Positions 1 to 11,850 of a stretch of DNA of 64,000 nucleotides are shown here, piece by piece. Made by a program: the position numbers and the translations under genes. Location: NCBI RefSeq assembly GCF_004010195.1, contig NC_057719.1, positions 50,705,008 through 50,769,007 on the forward strand, read 5' to 3'. The notes below the pieces were generated by a model. It saw only the letters and a list, made by a program, of their open reading frames with translations. It made no database searches and was not told the DNA's origin. Numbering within the stretch: the first letter of the stretch is position 1; each line of letters starts with the position of its first letter. The stretch is from Chiloscyllium plagiosum (taxonomy: Eukaryota).

Positions 1-220
1 TGACCTCTTTCCACCTATCACATTTCCAACTCCCCTCCTCCAAGTCCCTCCTCCCTACCTTTTATCTTCTCCTGCTGAACACTCTCTGCTCATTCCTGAA
101 GAAGGGCCTGTGCCCGAAACGTCGAATCTCCTGTTCCCTGGATGCTGCCTGACCTGCTGTGCTGTTCCAGCAATAAAGTTTCAACTTTGATCTCCAGCAT
201 CTGCAGACCTCACTTTCTCC
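1..220 (+). mobile_element. Penelope-like element 3' end (pseudo-LTR), family A, with hammerhead motif
   Basis: Closely similar to the terminal repeat of the RT-encoding element at 56939-59174; ends in cagcatctgcagacctcactttctcc. Confidence 0.85.
92..127 (+). ncRNA. Minimal type I hammerhead ribozyme motif (PLE family A)
   Basis: ATTC-CTGAAGA-A-GGGC ctgt GCCC-GAAA-CG-TC-GAAT: helix I (ATTC/GAAT), CUGANGA core, helix II, GAAA, minimal helix III, GUC cleavage triplet. Confidence 0.75.
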
Positions 221-224
221 CCCA

Positions 225-2200
225 TGTTCTTAAGATGCCATTGAATGGCAAAGAACAATGGTTAGATTCTCTCCTGATGAACTGGGTGAGACTCTATCCA
301 ATGGAGAGATTTCCTCCAATTCCTGTTGACTGCATTTTTGCAGGGTTCCTTGATGTAATAGTAAATCAATTGTTGCTTCAAAGACAAGGGCAGTCACTCT
401 CCACTCATCTCTAGAGATCAACTCTTTCATCTGTGTTTGCGCCAAGTTTGTAATAAGCTCAAGAACTGAGTGACCTTGATAGAAACTCCTCCCATTAGTC
501 AATTGCTCTCAGTCACTTAGGGCTGGAAGTAGCAGGATTGCAGAGCTTGGACCTGATCCTTTGGCTGAGACATTTCCCTGCCTTATTGGTAATGGTAGAG
601 TGGGGGATATTCTAGCCAATCAGGTTATTGATTGTGGTTGGAAACAGATCTGCGCTGTTGATGGCTCACATTGCCTTATGGATGCCCAGCTTTGAGTTGG
701 TAGATCTGTTCAAGAATTTATCATGGTGTTCGTGCCATTTAATGTGATGGAGGATTTACAATGTGAAGACAAGACTTCGCTTCCACAAGGACTATGCTGT
801 GGCCACTGCGGATACTATCATGGATGTGTTAGGTTCTTTTCCCAAGATTTCACTCACAAGACACAATTCGCACATACTAACTCCTGCAAACAGTTGAAGT
901 TTATTGAAGCTTGTACAAGCTAGGTGACCCCTCTGACTCTCTTTGTTGGTCATGCAATGTCGAGTCAAAATGAGGTTCCGAGCAAAGAAAACACATCCCC
1001 TGTATTCAGGTCAGTTGATAATGCCGTTCACCCCCCCTAATAAGTACATGTCACCCCAGGTACGATGGTAGGATGAGATCATTCTTGGAGATAATGTAAC
1101 TATAAATGCCCTAATCTTGGGAAATCATTATGCAGACGTTTTCCTGACTCCGTGATTACCCATGTCTATGTAGGTGTGCTATGTCCTAACTTCAGGGCGG
1201 CCCTGCAAATGAGTTCTGGCTCCATTACTTCCCCAGACAATATAGGTGGGATATGCTTCAGTATCGGGGATGATCACGCAAGCGAATCTGATTGGCTCGG
1301 GGATGGCTAAGAAAGTATTTCTGAATGGAAGAGGCTGAACGGTAGTTTAATTTGATAATAGTAAGAGAGGAGTAGCAAATGACTGTCTAAATGAAGTGGG
1401 AGTCATCCGCATTCCTACATGAATGTCGTCCCTGCCCACTTCCAGAATGTTCAGTTTCTGGAGGAAGACAGTGCAGTTTAATGCTTTAATATTAAATTAA
1501 TGTCCAGGAAGATAGTCCAATTTAATCTTTTAACAATATTGATGGCTGCATCTGTGACTTGTAGATTGGTGACGATGAGTTCATGTAGGTTTTACTCTTT
1601 TATTGGTTCCCTCTCATCCTGCTGTAAACCCAATCTTGCAGCTATGTTCTTTGTACTCAGCCAGCATGGTCAGTGGTAGTGCTGCTTAGCTACTGTTGAT
1701 GGTGGGCATTGAAGTCCCCCATTCAGAGTATATTTTGTGCCCTTGGCCTCCTCAATGCTTCCTCCAATTGATGTTCAACATGGAGGCGTACTGATTCATT
1801 AGCTGAGCCAGAGGTAGTGGATGATAATCAAGAGGTTTCCTTGTCCACTTTTGAGCTGATTCTATATTTCATGGGATCCTGAGTCAATGTTGAAAATACA
1901 CAAAGCATCTCCTTCTTGACAGTATTTCACTGTACCATCAGTTCTGTGGGACAGGACACACTCAGAAATAGTGATGGTGATATATGGGATATTGTCTGTT
2001 AGGTATGATTCCATGAGTATGTTAGGCTGTTATTTGACTAGTCTGTGAGAGATCTCCCAGTTTTGGCACAGCCCCTCAGATTTAATATAGAGTACTTTGC
2101 ATCAACAATAGCAATGATTTTGCTGTAGTTTCTTTTGAGTGCCTAGGATAATGACAGGTAATCTATCCAGTTTAATTCCTTCTCTTAGAGTTTGTACCAA
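225..2200 (-). mobile_element. Decayed CR1-like LINE (family B) EN/RT fragment, interrupted at 827-1535
   Basis: Minus-strand RT-like text (GHSVLELITNL...WRVTALVFEAT, cf. VxALDIKAAFD). Homologous to + strand copies near 15.7-16.8 kb and 18.2-18.8 kb. Confidence 0.65.
827..1535 (-). mobile_element. Probable solo LTR
   Basis: TGTTA...TAACA termini, minus-strand AATAAA at about 900, and it interrupts otherwise continuous LINE sequence. gatg occurs on both flanks, offset by 5 nt on the right. Confidence 0.5.
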
Positions 2201-2229
2201 TTAATACAACTGTGTAGTTTGCTCGGTTA

Positions 2230-2510
2230 ACTAAGAGGACATCTTAGAGTCGGGCATGTTTCATGTGGCTTTTAAGTTGCATGCCACACAACTATCCTTC
2301 TCTAAAAGATATTAGTAAAGCAGATGCATTTTTACAACATCCTACAATCCTTTTATGATAGCCATTAGAGTATTTTTTTAATTCCAGATTTATTAATTGA
2401 ATTCAAATTTCTACATCTGCCATTGTAAGATTCACAGCCATGTCTCGAGAGCATTCACCTGGTCCTTTGGATTACTAGCCCAGTTGACATTACAAAAACA
2501 CCCCTATAAT
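2230..2510 (-). mobile_element. Degenerate tRNA-derived SINE (same family as 50592-50945)
   Basis: Recognisable pieces ccttctctaaaagatattagtaaagcagatg and ttccagattt...gaattcaaatttctacatctgccat. Confidence 0.5.
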
Positions 2511-3472
2511 ATGTATTACTGTTTGTCTGAGAGGCAGTGTTTGGGGAAACTTGAAATATTGAGACATGTTGAACTTGTTTTAGGCATCAATGTTTTGAAC
2601 CCAACCTCCAAGTTCAGTTTAAATCCAAGTTATTTGATCAAAATTGCAGCATGGAGTTTTTACATCTATTTTAAATAAATGGTTTGTAACCAGTACTACA
2701 AAAATAGAAAATAGCTATCATGAGTTAAATAGAAATTGAATTGTACTAACTCCAAGTATGCAATTTTTTTTTGCTTCATATAGCCCTAAGTATTATTTTC
2801 AATCATTGTCCTTTAATTTTATGGCAGTTTAGTAAAATCAACACAACTCATTGTGGTGAGCAGTTTTTAAATTCCTGTTATTTTAACTGCAGACCATCTT
2901 CTGACCATTGTTTAAAATGCAGGACTTTCTATTTTAAGTTCTTTTCTCATATGTGGTGCAATTATACTGTTTTATATTGCTGTACTAAAAGAAAGGTTTG
3001 TTGTACTGAGTACTGTGTTCACTTTAGCCCGTGGGAACATGTTTTAGTTCCAAGTTCTCAAATCTCTAGAACTCCTTCTGTCGTTCTGTGCAAAATACTG
3101 GATTTATGGCAAATTTGTAGGAAAGAAATTTTCTCCATTTTGGTCATGGCCAAAATATTCCCAGGGATCAATATCAATTGACAGGGTGGAAATCACTTCC
3201 AGGGAAGGCCAACACAGGAACAATGCTTAAACTTTAATGATTCAATCACAGTAACATCGATCAGCACTTGTCAACACTGCTTGATGTTTTCTGATTCATT
3301 TGCCTCCTCAACCCACCAATGGTCACACAACAAAACTCCAATAAGATATAAGAGAACTGTCTATAAATAGAATCAAAGTGCTAATTTGAAACCTTACTTA
3401 TCTGTACAAGTACAAAGAAGTAAAACCAAACAGGCAGGTTTTCTTTATTTTAATAAGACAATATTTTCCAAC

Positions 3473-4273
3473 CTGATAAATGCAAGGTACTGCATTTTGG
3501 AAAGGCAAATCAGGGCAGGACTTGATAATAAGATCCTAGGGAGTGTTGCTAAGCAAAGAGACCTTAGAGTGCAGGTTCCTAACTCCTTGAAAGTGGGGTC
3601 ACAGATGGACAGGGTAGTGAAGAAGGCATTTAGTATGGTTGTCTTTACTGGTCAGTGCATTGAGCGTAGGAGTTGGGAGGGTCATGTTGCAGCTGTACCA
3701 GATATTGGTTAGACCAGTTTTGAAGTATTGTGTACAATTCTGGTCTCCTTCCTGTAGGAAGGATCTTGTGAAACTTGAAATGATTCAGAAAAGATTCCCG
3801 AGGATGTTGCCAGGGTTGGAGGGTTTGAGCTATGGGGGAGGCTGAATAGGCTGGGCCTGTTTTCCCTGGAGCATCAGAGGCTGAGGTGTGACCTTATAGA
3901 GGTTTATAAAATCATGAGGGGCATGAATATGTTAAATAGACAAGGTCTTTACTATGGGGTGGGGGGAGTCAAAAACTGGAGGGCATATGTTTAAGGTGAG
4001 AGGGGAAAGATATAAAAAGGACCTATGGGGCACCTTTTTCACACAGAAGGTTGTGCATGTACGGAATAGGCTGCCAGAGGAAGTGCTGTAGCTAGTATGA
4101 TTACACCATTTAAAAGGCATCAGGATGGGTAAATGAATAGGAAGGGTTTAGAGGGAAATAGGCCAAATGCTGGCAAACGGGAGTAGATTAATTTCAGATA
4201 TCTGGTTGGTATGGATGAGTTGGACTAAAGGGTCTGTTTTCGTGCTGTATATTTCTATGACTCTATGACTCTA
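3473..4273 (+). mobile_element. CR1 LINE 3' fragment (RT C-terminus plus tail)
   Basis: LYQILVRPVLKYCVQFWSP...LEGLSY; ends in (ctatgact)n tail. Confidence 0.9.
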
Positions 4274-4279
4274 AGTAAC

Positions 4280-5520
4280 AATGAGGTTTTTGATGGGCAT
4301 ATTGTGGATATTGTCCATATGGACTTTTTTTTAAACAAAAGCATTGGCCAAAGTGCTACATGAAAGGGCAGTTAACAAAGTTGAAGTTCATGGAATAAGT
4401 GGTCATCATCAGCTTCAGAACAGAAAACATCAAGTTGTGGCACACATCAAGTCTTTGGAACTCCTTGCCCCACAGAACTATAGGGGTCGATTCCTTCTGT
4501 ATATTTAAGGCTGAGCTAGATAAATTCTTGCTCAGTAGGGGAGTCAAGCTTTCCAGGGAAAGGGCAGGAAAGTGGATGTGAGGAATGTCGGTTTAACCAT
4601 TATCCCATTGAATGGTAGAGCAGGCTCAAGGGGCTAAATGACCTTCTGATCCTGTTTCTTATGATGTTATGGTACATGGTTGTTTTTAGAGTGGAGGGTC
4701 ATAGACAAAATTTTCTTTAAGATTTAGTATTATGATAGCTGACACACCGTCAACTGAAACAGGACACAGGCTCGGAGAATGGTTAGGAAAATGACAGGTG
4801 GAATTTAATATAGAGAAGGGTAAAGTCATACATTTTGGCAGCAGGAGGAGGGAGAAGGAATATAGATGAGATGACATTATTCTAAACAGTATATAGGGTC
4901 AGAGTGAACTAGGGGGTTCATGTAAGACAGATTGAGAGACCTAGTGAGTAAAGCATTTGTGATCTTGGGCTTTATTAATAGAAGTATTGAGTACAAATGG
5001 AGGAATTTTTGCATTGTCTTATAATGCTTCAACAAGGACACAATTAGAATAGTGTGTCCAGTTTTGGTTGCCACACTTTAGAAAGATTGTGAAAGTACAG
5101 AGGCGATTTACCAGACTAACTCTGGGAATGATCGACTTTAGCTCAGAAGTTGTGTTGGAAAATGTGGAACAGTTCTTCTTGGAATCAAGAACATTGAGGG
5201 GAAGTTTAATGGAGGTGTGCAATATTATGCCAAGTTCAGATAAGGTGAACAATGTGAAGTGTTCCTATTAGCTTAGAGTATAATGACTAGGCGATGAACA
5301 TTTGGGCAAGTGACACTTGGGAATTGTCAGGTGGTACCTTCTTATCTAAAAAAAAAGTAATGACTGCATCATGCAGACTCAAGAGTGATGGATGCATAGG
5401 AGCTGAACGATTTCAGTGGAACATTGGATTGACCCTTGAAGGAAATTTTGCAATGCCATGGAAATAGGAAAAAAAGAGCGGGGGTGATTGGTTTATTCTA
5501 TAGAGAAATGGCAGAGACCT
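4280..5520 (+). mobile_element. Older CR1 LINE fragments (nested pieces)
   Basis: YMDF..AFxKV-like text, LWNSLP..FKAELDKFL, CVQFWxPHFRK..VQRRFTR, many stops. Confidence 0.75.
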
Positions 5521-6669
5521 GAGTTTGTTGTGCCATTACGATTGTATACCCTCTCGAAAGAATCTTCTTAAAACTCCACCTCGACTAAAACTTGTTGCAC
5601 ACTTCCACTTGATTTCCTTACAGGCTCTGCATTTATATTTCCTTATGCCTCTGAGAGTTTCTTTGAGACCTTTTCCAAAATAAAAGGACAATATGGATGA
5701 AAATTATTGACTGATTATGATTTTCATCTGTCTAATATGTTCTGCAGTCTCCAGGTTTAAGTTAATTACAGTATTCATGGTGGTGAGCTTCTGACCAGTG
5801 AAACCTCAGGGAACACATTATTTTGAGGGCAGAAATTAATATGCTACTATAGGATAAATGTCTTTCTGTAGTTTAAAAAGTATTCCATACCTAAAATTAG
5901 CAATGAATGAATTAAAAACTTATTTAATTGTAGGAGGGCCTGCAGGATAGCAAATTTCCTTCTGAAATATTGCTGCAAAAAACTGAATAAATAAAGGAGG
6001 CATTGATTAGCTCAAAGCAGTCTAGGACTCCAATGACAATAACTCAGAAGCAGTAGCCACAATGATCATGGCAATGACGGCAATTATGACCAATCTTTTC
6101 ATGACACTTAGTGCCAGAAAAGATTTTGAAGACTTTACCAGCACAGTGAGATCAGAAGTCTCTCGATTGGAGAGGGGTGTTTCTTCCAGCCTCCACATAA
6201 ATTAGGCTGGATTGTAGGCAGGTGTTTTATGGAGTGACACTGAACTCATTGGTATCTGCAGGTAGGCCTGACCAGAGAACATTTATCAAGTTGAGATAGT
6301 GCCCACACTTGATCTGTTGAGAATGGCAGGCTGTAAGTGGGTATCCTCCTAGCTAGTTTAGTTGCTTGAATATTTGACTGAAAGGGGTCAGGGTCATTCT
6401 GCCCATGTAACATTCGCCTCCAGCAATTTCATTTCAAAATACTGCTTTAGGAATGTAGCAGTATCTTTTCCATTCGGGTAGTGTTTATACCGAGGTTAGA
6501 AGGAAGAACAAGCTGCGCAGAAAACGTGGATGATGACATAATTGTGAAAATGTGTAGATGGTGGTATACAGCTGGCAATCAAGTAAATTAGCACAAGTTT
6601 TAGGATGAATATTGTTATCAGAAGAAGATTTTAGTATAGATCTGTAGATGGGAAGATTATTCAGGATAA

Positions 6670-6790
6670 TAAAACAAAGCACTGCAAATGCTGGAGATCT
6701 GCAACAAAAACAGAAATTGCTGGTGAAACTCAGAAGGTCCGGCAGCATCTGTTGGAAGAAAGCAGAGACAGTGTTTCAAGTCCAGTGACA
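6670..6790 (-). mobile_element. Short Penelope-type 3' end fragment
   Basis: actgcaaatgctggagatctgcaacaaaaacagaaattgctgg...ggcagcatctg...gtttcaagtcc, the same end motif as other PLE tails. Confidence 0.6.
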
Positions 6791-7572
6791 TCAAGACATC
6801 ATCTAATCAAGACATCAATGACAGGTACAACCTTAATAATCCTGATGAAAATTGTTATCTTTTCTGAAAAGGCAGTATCTTCCAACATGTGACAGGAGCC
6901 TTGAAACTTCTGTTAGACTATACTGTAGGAAGCCCCTGTGGTGGGTCTCAACCTGTTTGGAGATGTTATCACACACCTATGGAGCAAGTGGGACTTGAAC
7001 CCAGGCCTCCTGGTCCACAAGAGCTCTCCTATTTTGGTTCATATACAGGAAGGGTGCCTTCTGAATGATAACTCTCTTTGATGAATGAACCTCATTGTAG
7101 TGTTGCTCAGCTGCACAGAGGAAAGCACACAGTAACCAAGACTTTAAAGCATAGCTTTGATCTCAGAATTGACCTGGAAACTTGTTTTTAACAAACTTGA
7201 TGGTGTGTGGATGGTTGCTGTTGAACTACACCTTGACAGGGCAAAATATTTTCCTGATGTACATGAATAAATTCAATGTTTAAAGGCACAGAGATGCAAC
7301 TTATGGATCCCTTGGTTTTCAGTGAGTTCTTCAACATTGTCAATTTTCAGTCATGCTGCTGTTTCGTGTCAACAGACAGACTTATAAAATTGCTAGCTCC
7401 AGAAGTGAGAACATCTTTGACTTACTTAGTGTTTCCATGCATAGTCATTCACCTTATGCCACAGATATCCAAAGTGGGTGTCTGGAATGACTCTGTGACA
7501 TAGAATTTGAAGATGGTTATACAGTTAACAGCAATGGGCAAGTGAGGAGATGGATTCCAGGTCAGTTTATTC

Positions 7573-7782
7573 TCATAAAGTCATAGAGATGTACAGCATG
7601 GAAACAGACCCTTCGGTCCAACTCATATATGCCGACCAGATATCCCAACCCAATCTCGTCCCACCTGCCATCACCTGGCCCATATCCTTCCAATCCAGAT
7701 GCTTTTTAAATGTTGCAACTGTACTAGCCGCCACCACTTCCTCTGGCAGCTCATTCCATACACGTACCACCCTCTGTGTCAA
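7573..7782 (-). mobile_element. CR1 LINE 3' end
   Basis: TQRVVRVWNELPEEVV..TFKKHLD; catagag tail. Confidence 0.9.
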
Positions 7783-10040
7783 AATTGGCGTTTCTCCAAT
7801 TTAGAACTTCAACTTTTAGATATGCTCTATCCTTTTCCATCACTATTTTAAATCTAATAGAATTATGGTCGCTGGCCCCAAAGTGCCACCCCACTTTGGG
7901 GCCAGCGACCATAATTCTATTAGATTTAAAATAGTCACCAGCCCTGCCTTATTTCCCAAGTGTAGGTCAAGTTTTGCACCTTCTCTAATAGGTACATCCA
8001 GATACTGAGTCAGAAAATTTTCTTGTATGCACTTAACAAATTCCTCTCCATCTAAACCCTTAACACTATGGCAGTCCCAGTCTATATTTGGAAAGTTAAA
8101 ATCCCCTACCATTACCACCCTATTATTTTTGCAGATAACTGAGATCTTACAAATTTGTTTCTCAATTTCCCTCTGACTATTAAGGAGTCTATAATACAAT
8201 CACAATAAAGTGATCATCCCTTTCTTATTTCTCAGTTCCAACTAAATAACTTCCCTGGATGTATTTTCGGGAATATTCTCCTCAGTACAGCTGTAATGTT
8301 ATCCCTTATCAAAAACACCTCTTCCCCTCCTCTCTTGTCTCCCTTTCTGTCCTTCCTGTAGCATTTGTATCCTGGAACATTAAGCTGCCAGTCCTGTCCA
8401 TCCCTGAGCCATGTTTTTGTAATTGCTATGAAATCTCAGTCCCATGTTTCTAACCATGCCCTGAGTTATCTGCCTTCCCTCCCTGTTAGGCCTCTTGCAT
8501 TTATCTTCTATCCATTCCCCCTGCCACCTTACTAGTTTAAATCATCCCGAGCAGCTGCAGCAAATCTCCCTGCCAGTATATTCATCCCCTTCCAATTCAG
8601 GTGCAATTCGTCCTTCTTGTACAGGTCGCTTCTACCCCAAAAGAGCTTCCAACGATCCAAAAGTGTGAATCCTTCTCCCATACACCAGCTCCTCAGCTGT
8701 GCATTCATCTGCTCTATCCTCCTATTCCTGCTTATAATGCAGACATTACTACTCTTGAGGACCTCTTTTTCAAATTCCTGCCTAACTCTCTGTAATCTCC
8801 CTTCAGAATCTCAACATTTTCCCTTCCTATGTCATTGGTTCCAATGTACAATGACCTCCTGCTGGCACCTTTCCCCCTTGAGAACATTCTGCACCCTCCC
8901 TCTCTGAGACATCCTTGATCCTGCACCAGGGAAGCAACACACCATTCTGATTTTTCACTGCTGACCACAGAAACATCTGACTGTACCTCGGACTAGAGAG
9001 TCCCCTAACACAACTGATCTCTTGGAACCTGATGTACCTCTCATTGCATTCGAGCCAGTCTCAATACCAGAAACGTGGCTGCTCGTGCTATGTTCCCCTG
9101 AGAATCCATCACCCCCTACATTTTTCAAAACAGCATACTTGTTTGAAATGGGGATAGCCACTGAAGACTCCTGCACTACCTGCCTACCTTTCTTACCTTT
9201 CCTGGAGTTAACCCATCTATGTGACTGTATCTGAGACTTTCCCCCTTCCTATAACTGCCATCCATCATATCCCCTTGCTCTTGTAAATTCCCGATTGCCT
9301 CTAACTGTCTCTCCAACCAATCCATTCAATCTGATAGGATACAATCCTCAGTAACCCGTAAACTCTCCCTAAACTCCCATATCTGACAAGAAGAGCATAT
9401 CACTCTACTAAAGGCCATTTTTGCTTCTTTCAGTCTACAGACCCAGAAAATAGCACTGTCTCATTCCTCTATCAAACACTATTCCAGGTTAAATTAATAC
9501 TTATGACTTATATTTTAAGCTTACTCAAGAGACATATCTCAATAAAACATATAATCAAGAAAGAACCCACTCTACTCACTACTGCAGACGTATTGTGAGG
9601 CCACGGTTAAAATATTCACTTATCTGTTTCTGTACTGTGACCTCTCCCGAACAAGTTCCTCCAAGATTAGTTGTGAATTTCACTGTTTTTTAATTTTCCC
9701 AGATGTACTGTAATGCCCAGCAATACACGAATTCAACAGCAAAGGCAGTAACTGCGCGGGTTTGCTGCTCTGTCAGTTAGCAATGTGGGTTTCTTTCTCT
9801 CTCTTTCTCTCCCCTGCACTGATCTCACTATGTGCTTCCTTTGTCTCTGCCGCTCCCTTTTGAAAGTGCTGTTGCTTTGACTTTTTTTTCTCCAAAATTC
9901 TAAAGCATTGCAACAGTATATAAAACAGTAATTGCTGCTCCTGGAATTCAAGGAAATCACCTCCAACACCTAAAATACCTCAAAAACGGAGCAGCTGTTA
10001 CAGCTAGAAATTTTTCCTGTCCTCCATCTTGGATTACCCA
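7783..10040 (-). mobile_element. CR1 LINE 5' part: 5'UTR, ORF1 (SGNH/GDSL esterase) and start of ORF2 endonuclease
   Basis: VVLGDSLVRGT, IGTNDIGR and RVVMSAL (esterase blocks); VVMVGDFNFPNIDW, FLTQY and LDL (APE endonuclease). Frameshifted. Confidence 0.85.
7842..7935. repeat. Perfect inverted repeat, 44-bp arms with 6-nt spacer
   Basis: 7842-7885 is the exact reverse complement of 7892-7935; spacer ccaccc. Confidence 0.95.
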
Positions 10041-11109
10041 GAATGTTTTAATGGTTTCCTTTGGAAAGCCTCTATAGTCTTTTTTTTTTGTCAAAATAGA
10101 GATAAAATTGCCACTGTCTAGTTGCTTGTGTGACGATAGACACAGTTCTCTGTGCCCGTGATGTAGGCCTGATCAGGTTGGTATTTTTGCTTTGCTGCTC
10201 TTCCTCCAAGAAACAGAACGAAAGGGAGTTTCCAATGAACATGCCTTGTTTTATTTTAGTTTTGAGAGGAGGAGGGCATGTAGGTGATAGTAGCTCAGCT
10301 AATGATGCACAGACAAACAAGTAAAGTGCATGTCAATTTTTTTTCCATAGTAACAGCATGTAAATTTCACCCATCTGCTTGTACCTCCCTTCCAATTATT
10401 ACAAAGAGAACTGCTCCTGCCTCTGTTTGACTGAAAGGTTAGGTGGTTTAAATCAGTTCCACTTTTAAAATAGTATCTAGGAAACCTGGATGCCATTTTA
10501 CATTGCTTGTTCTTGACAGCGGAAAAGCAAAACTGATGGAAAATTAGACGCATGATATAGCCAAATCAATACTACTGCATTTGAATACAGCTGCCAAGAT
10601 ATGGGTGAATATTTCCATGAGCTGCCAGGAGTGACAGTGGAAAATAGAGAAACAAGAGTAGGCAGGGATCCAGCAAAACTAATCTTTGCTCCATTTCCTG
10701 CAGCTGCCTACTCGATTAACATCACAAAATCAGCAGTACACCAGTGAACATTGCAACTCTTCCATTTCTAATTCCCATGAGAATGCCTTAGCTTACCTTA
10801 GTACATGTTGTAAAGGCTTTTAACAGGAATGTTTATGTGCAACATATTTTAGAAAATTGACTCTGTAAGACTGTTTCCTTTTCTTACTCTTTCATGGGAA
10901 CAGTGTGTCACTAACTAGGCCAACATTTATTCCCCAACCAAATTGCCCGTTATGGTGATAGCTAGCCGCCTCCTTGAACCACTGCAGTCCATTTTGTGTA
11001 AATTCACTTAGAGTACTGTGGAAGCGGGTTCCTGGATTTTAACCTGTCACCAGTAAAGCGACAGCAATATAGTTCCAAATCAAGATGGTATGTGGCTTGG
11101 AGAGGAACT

Positions 11110-11583
11110 TCTCATGCAAGATCTCATGGAATACAGGGAGAATTAGCCATTTGGATAAAGAACTGGCTCAAAGGTAGAAGACAGAGGGTGGTGGTGGAGG
11201 GTTGTTTTTTAGATTGGAAGCCTGTCACCAGTGGAGTGCCACAAGGATCGGTGCTGAGTCCAATACGTTTTGTCATTTATGTAAATGATTTGGATGTGTT
11301 AGCAAGTAAGTTAGTAGTTAATAAGTTTGCAGATTACATCAAAATTGAACATGATTTGGAGATGCTGGTGTTGGACTGGGGTGTACAAAGTCAAAAATCA
11401 CACAACACCAGGTTATAGTCCAACAGGTTTAATTGGAAGCACACTAGCTTTCAGAGCGCCGCTCCTTCATCAGGTGATTGTGGAGGACACAATTGTAAGG
11501 CACAGAATTTATAGCAAAAATTTACAGTGTGTTGTAACTCCTTGAAAGTAGAGTCACAGGTACATAGGATAGTGAAGAAGGCT
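11110..11583 (+). mobile_element. CR1 RT fragment interrupted by a Penelope fragment
   Basis: HGIQGELAIWIKNWLKGRRQRV...SGVPQGSVL...KFAD. Confidence 0.85.
11350..11530 (-). mobile_element. Penelope-like 3' end, family C, with hammerhead motif at 11442-11476
   Basis: Reverse complement reads CAC-CTGATGA-A-GGAGC ggc GCTCT-GAAA-GC-TA-GTG. Confidence 0.7.
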
Positions 11584-11850
11584 AGGAGAAAGTGAGGACT
11601 GCAGATGCTGGAGACCAGAGTTGAAAAATGTGGTGCTGGAAAAACACAGCAGGCCAGGCAGCATCCGAGGAGCAGGAGAATCGGTGTTTCGGGCGTAAGC
11701 CCTTCTTCAGGAATGAGGCTGGTGTGCCAAGCGGGCTAGCAGGAGAATCGACGTTTCGGGCATAAGCCCTTCTTCAGGAATGAGGCTGGTGTGCCAAGCG
11801 GGCTTATGCAACTTCTAACCACTCCGCCTTCACCCCAACAAACAAGGATT
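11584..11850 (-). mobile_element. Penelope family A end with tandem 67-bp duplication of the hammerhead unit
   Basis: Units 11671-11737 and 11738-11804 are near-identical and each contains the ribozyme motif on the - strand. Confidence 0.85.
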
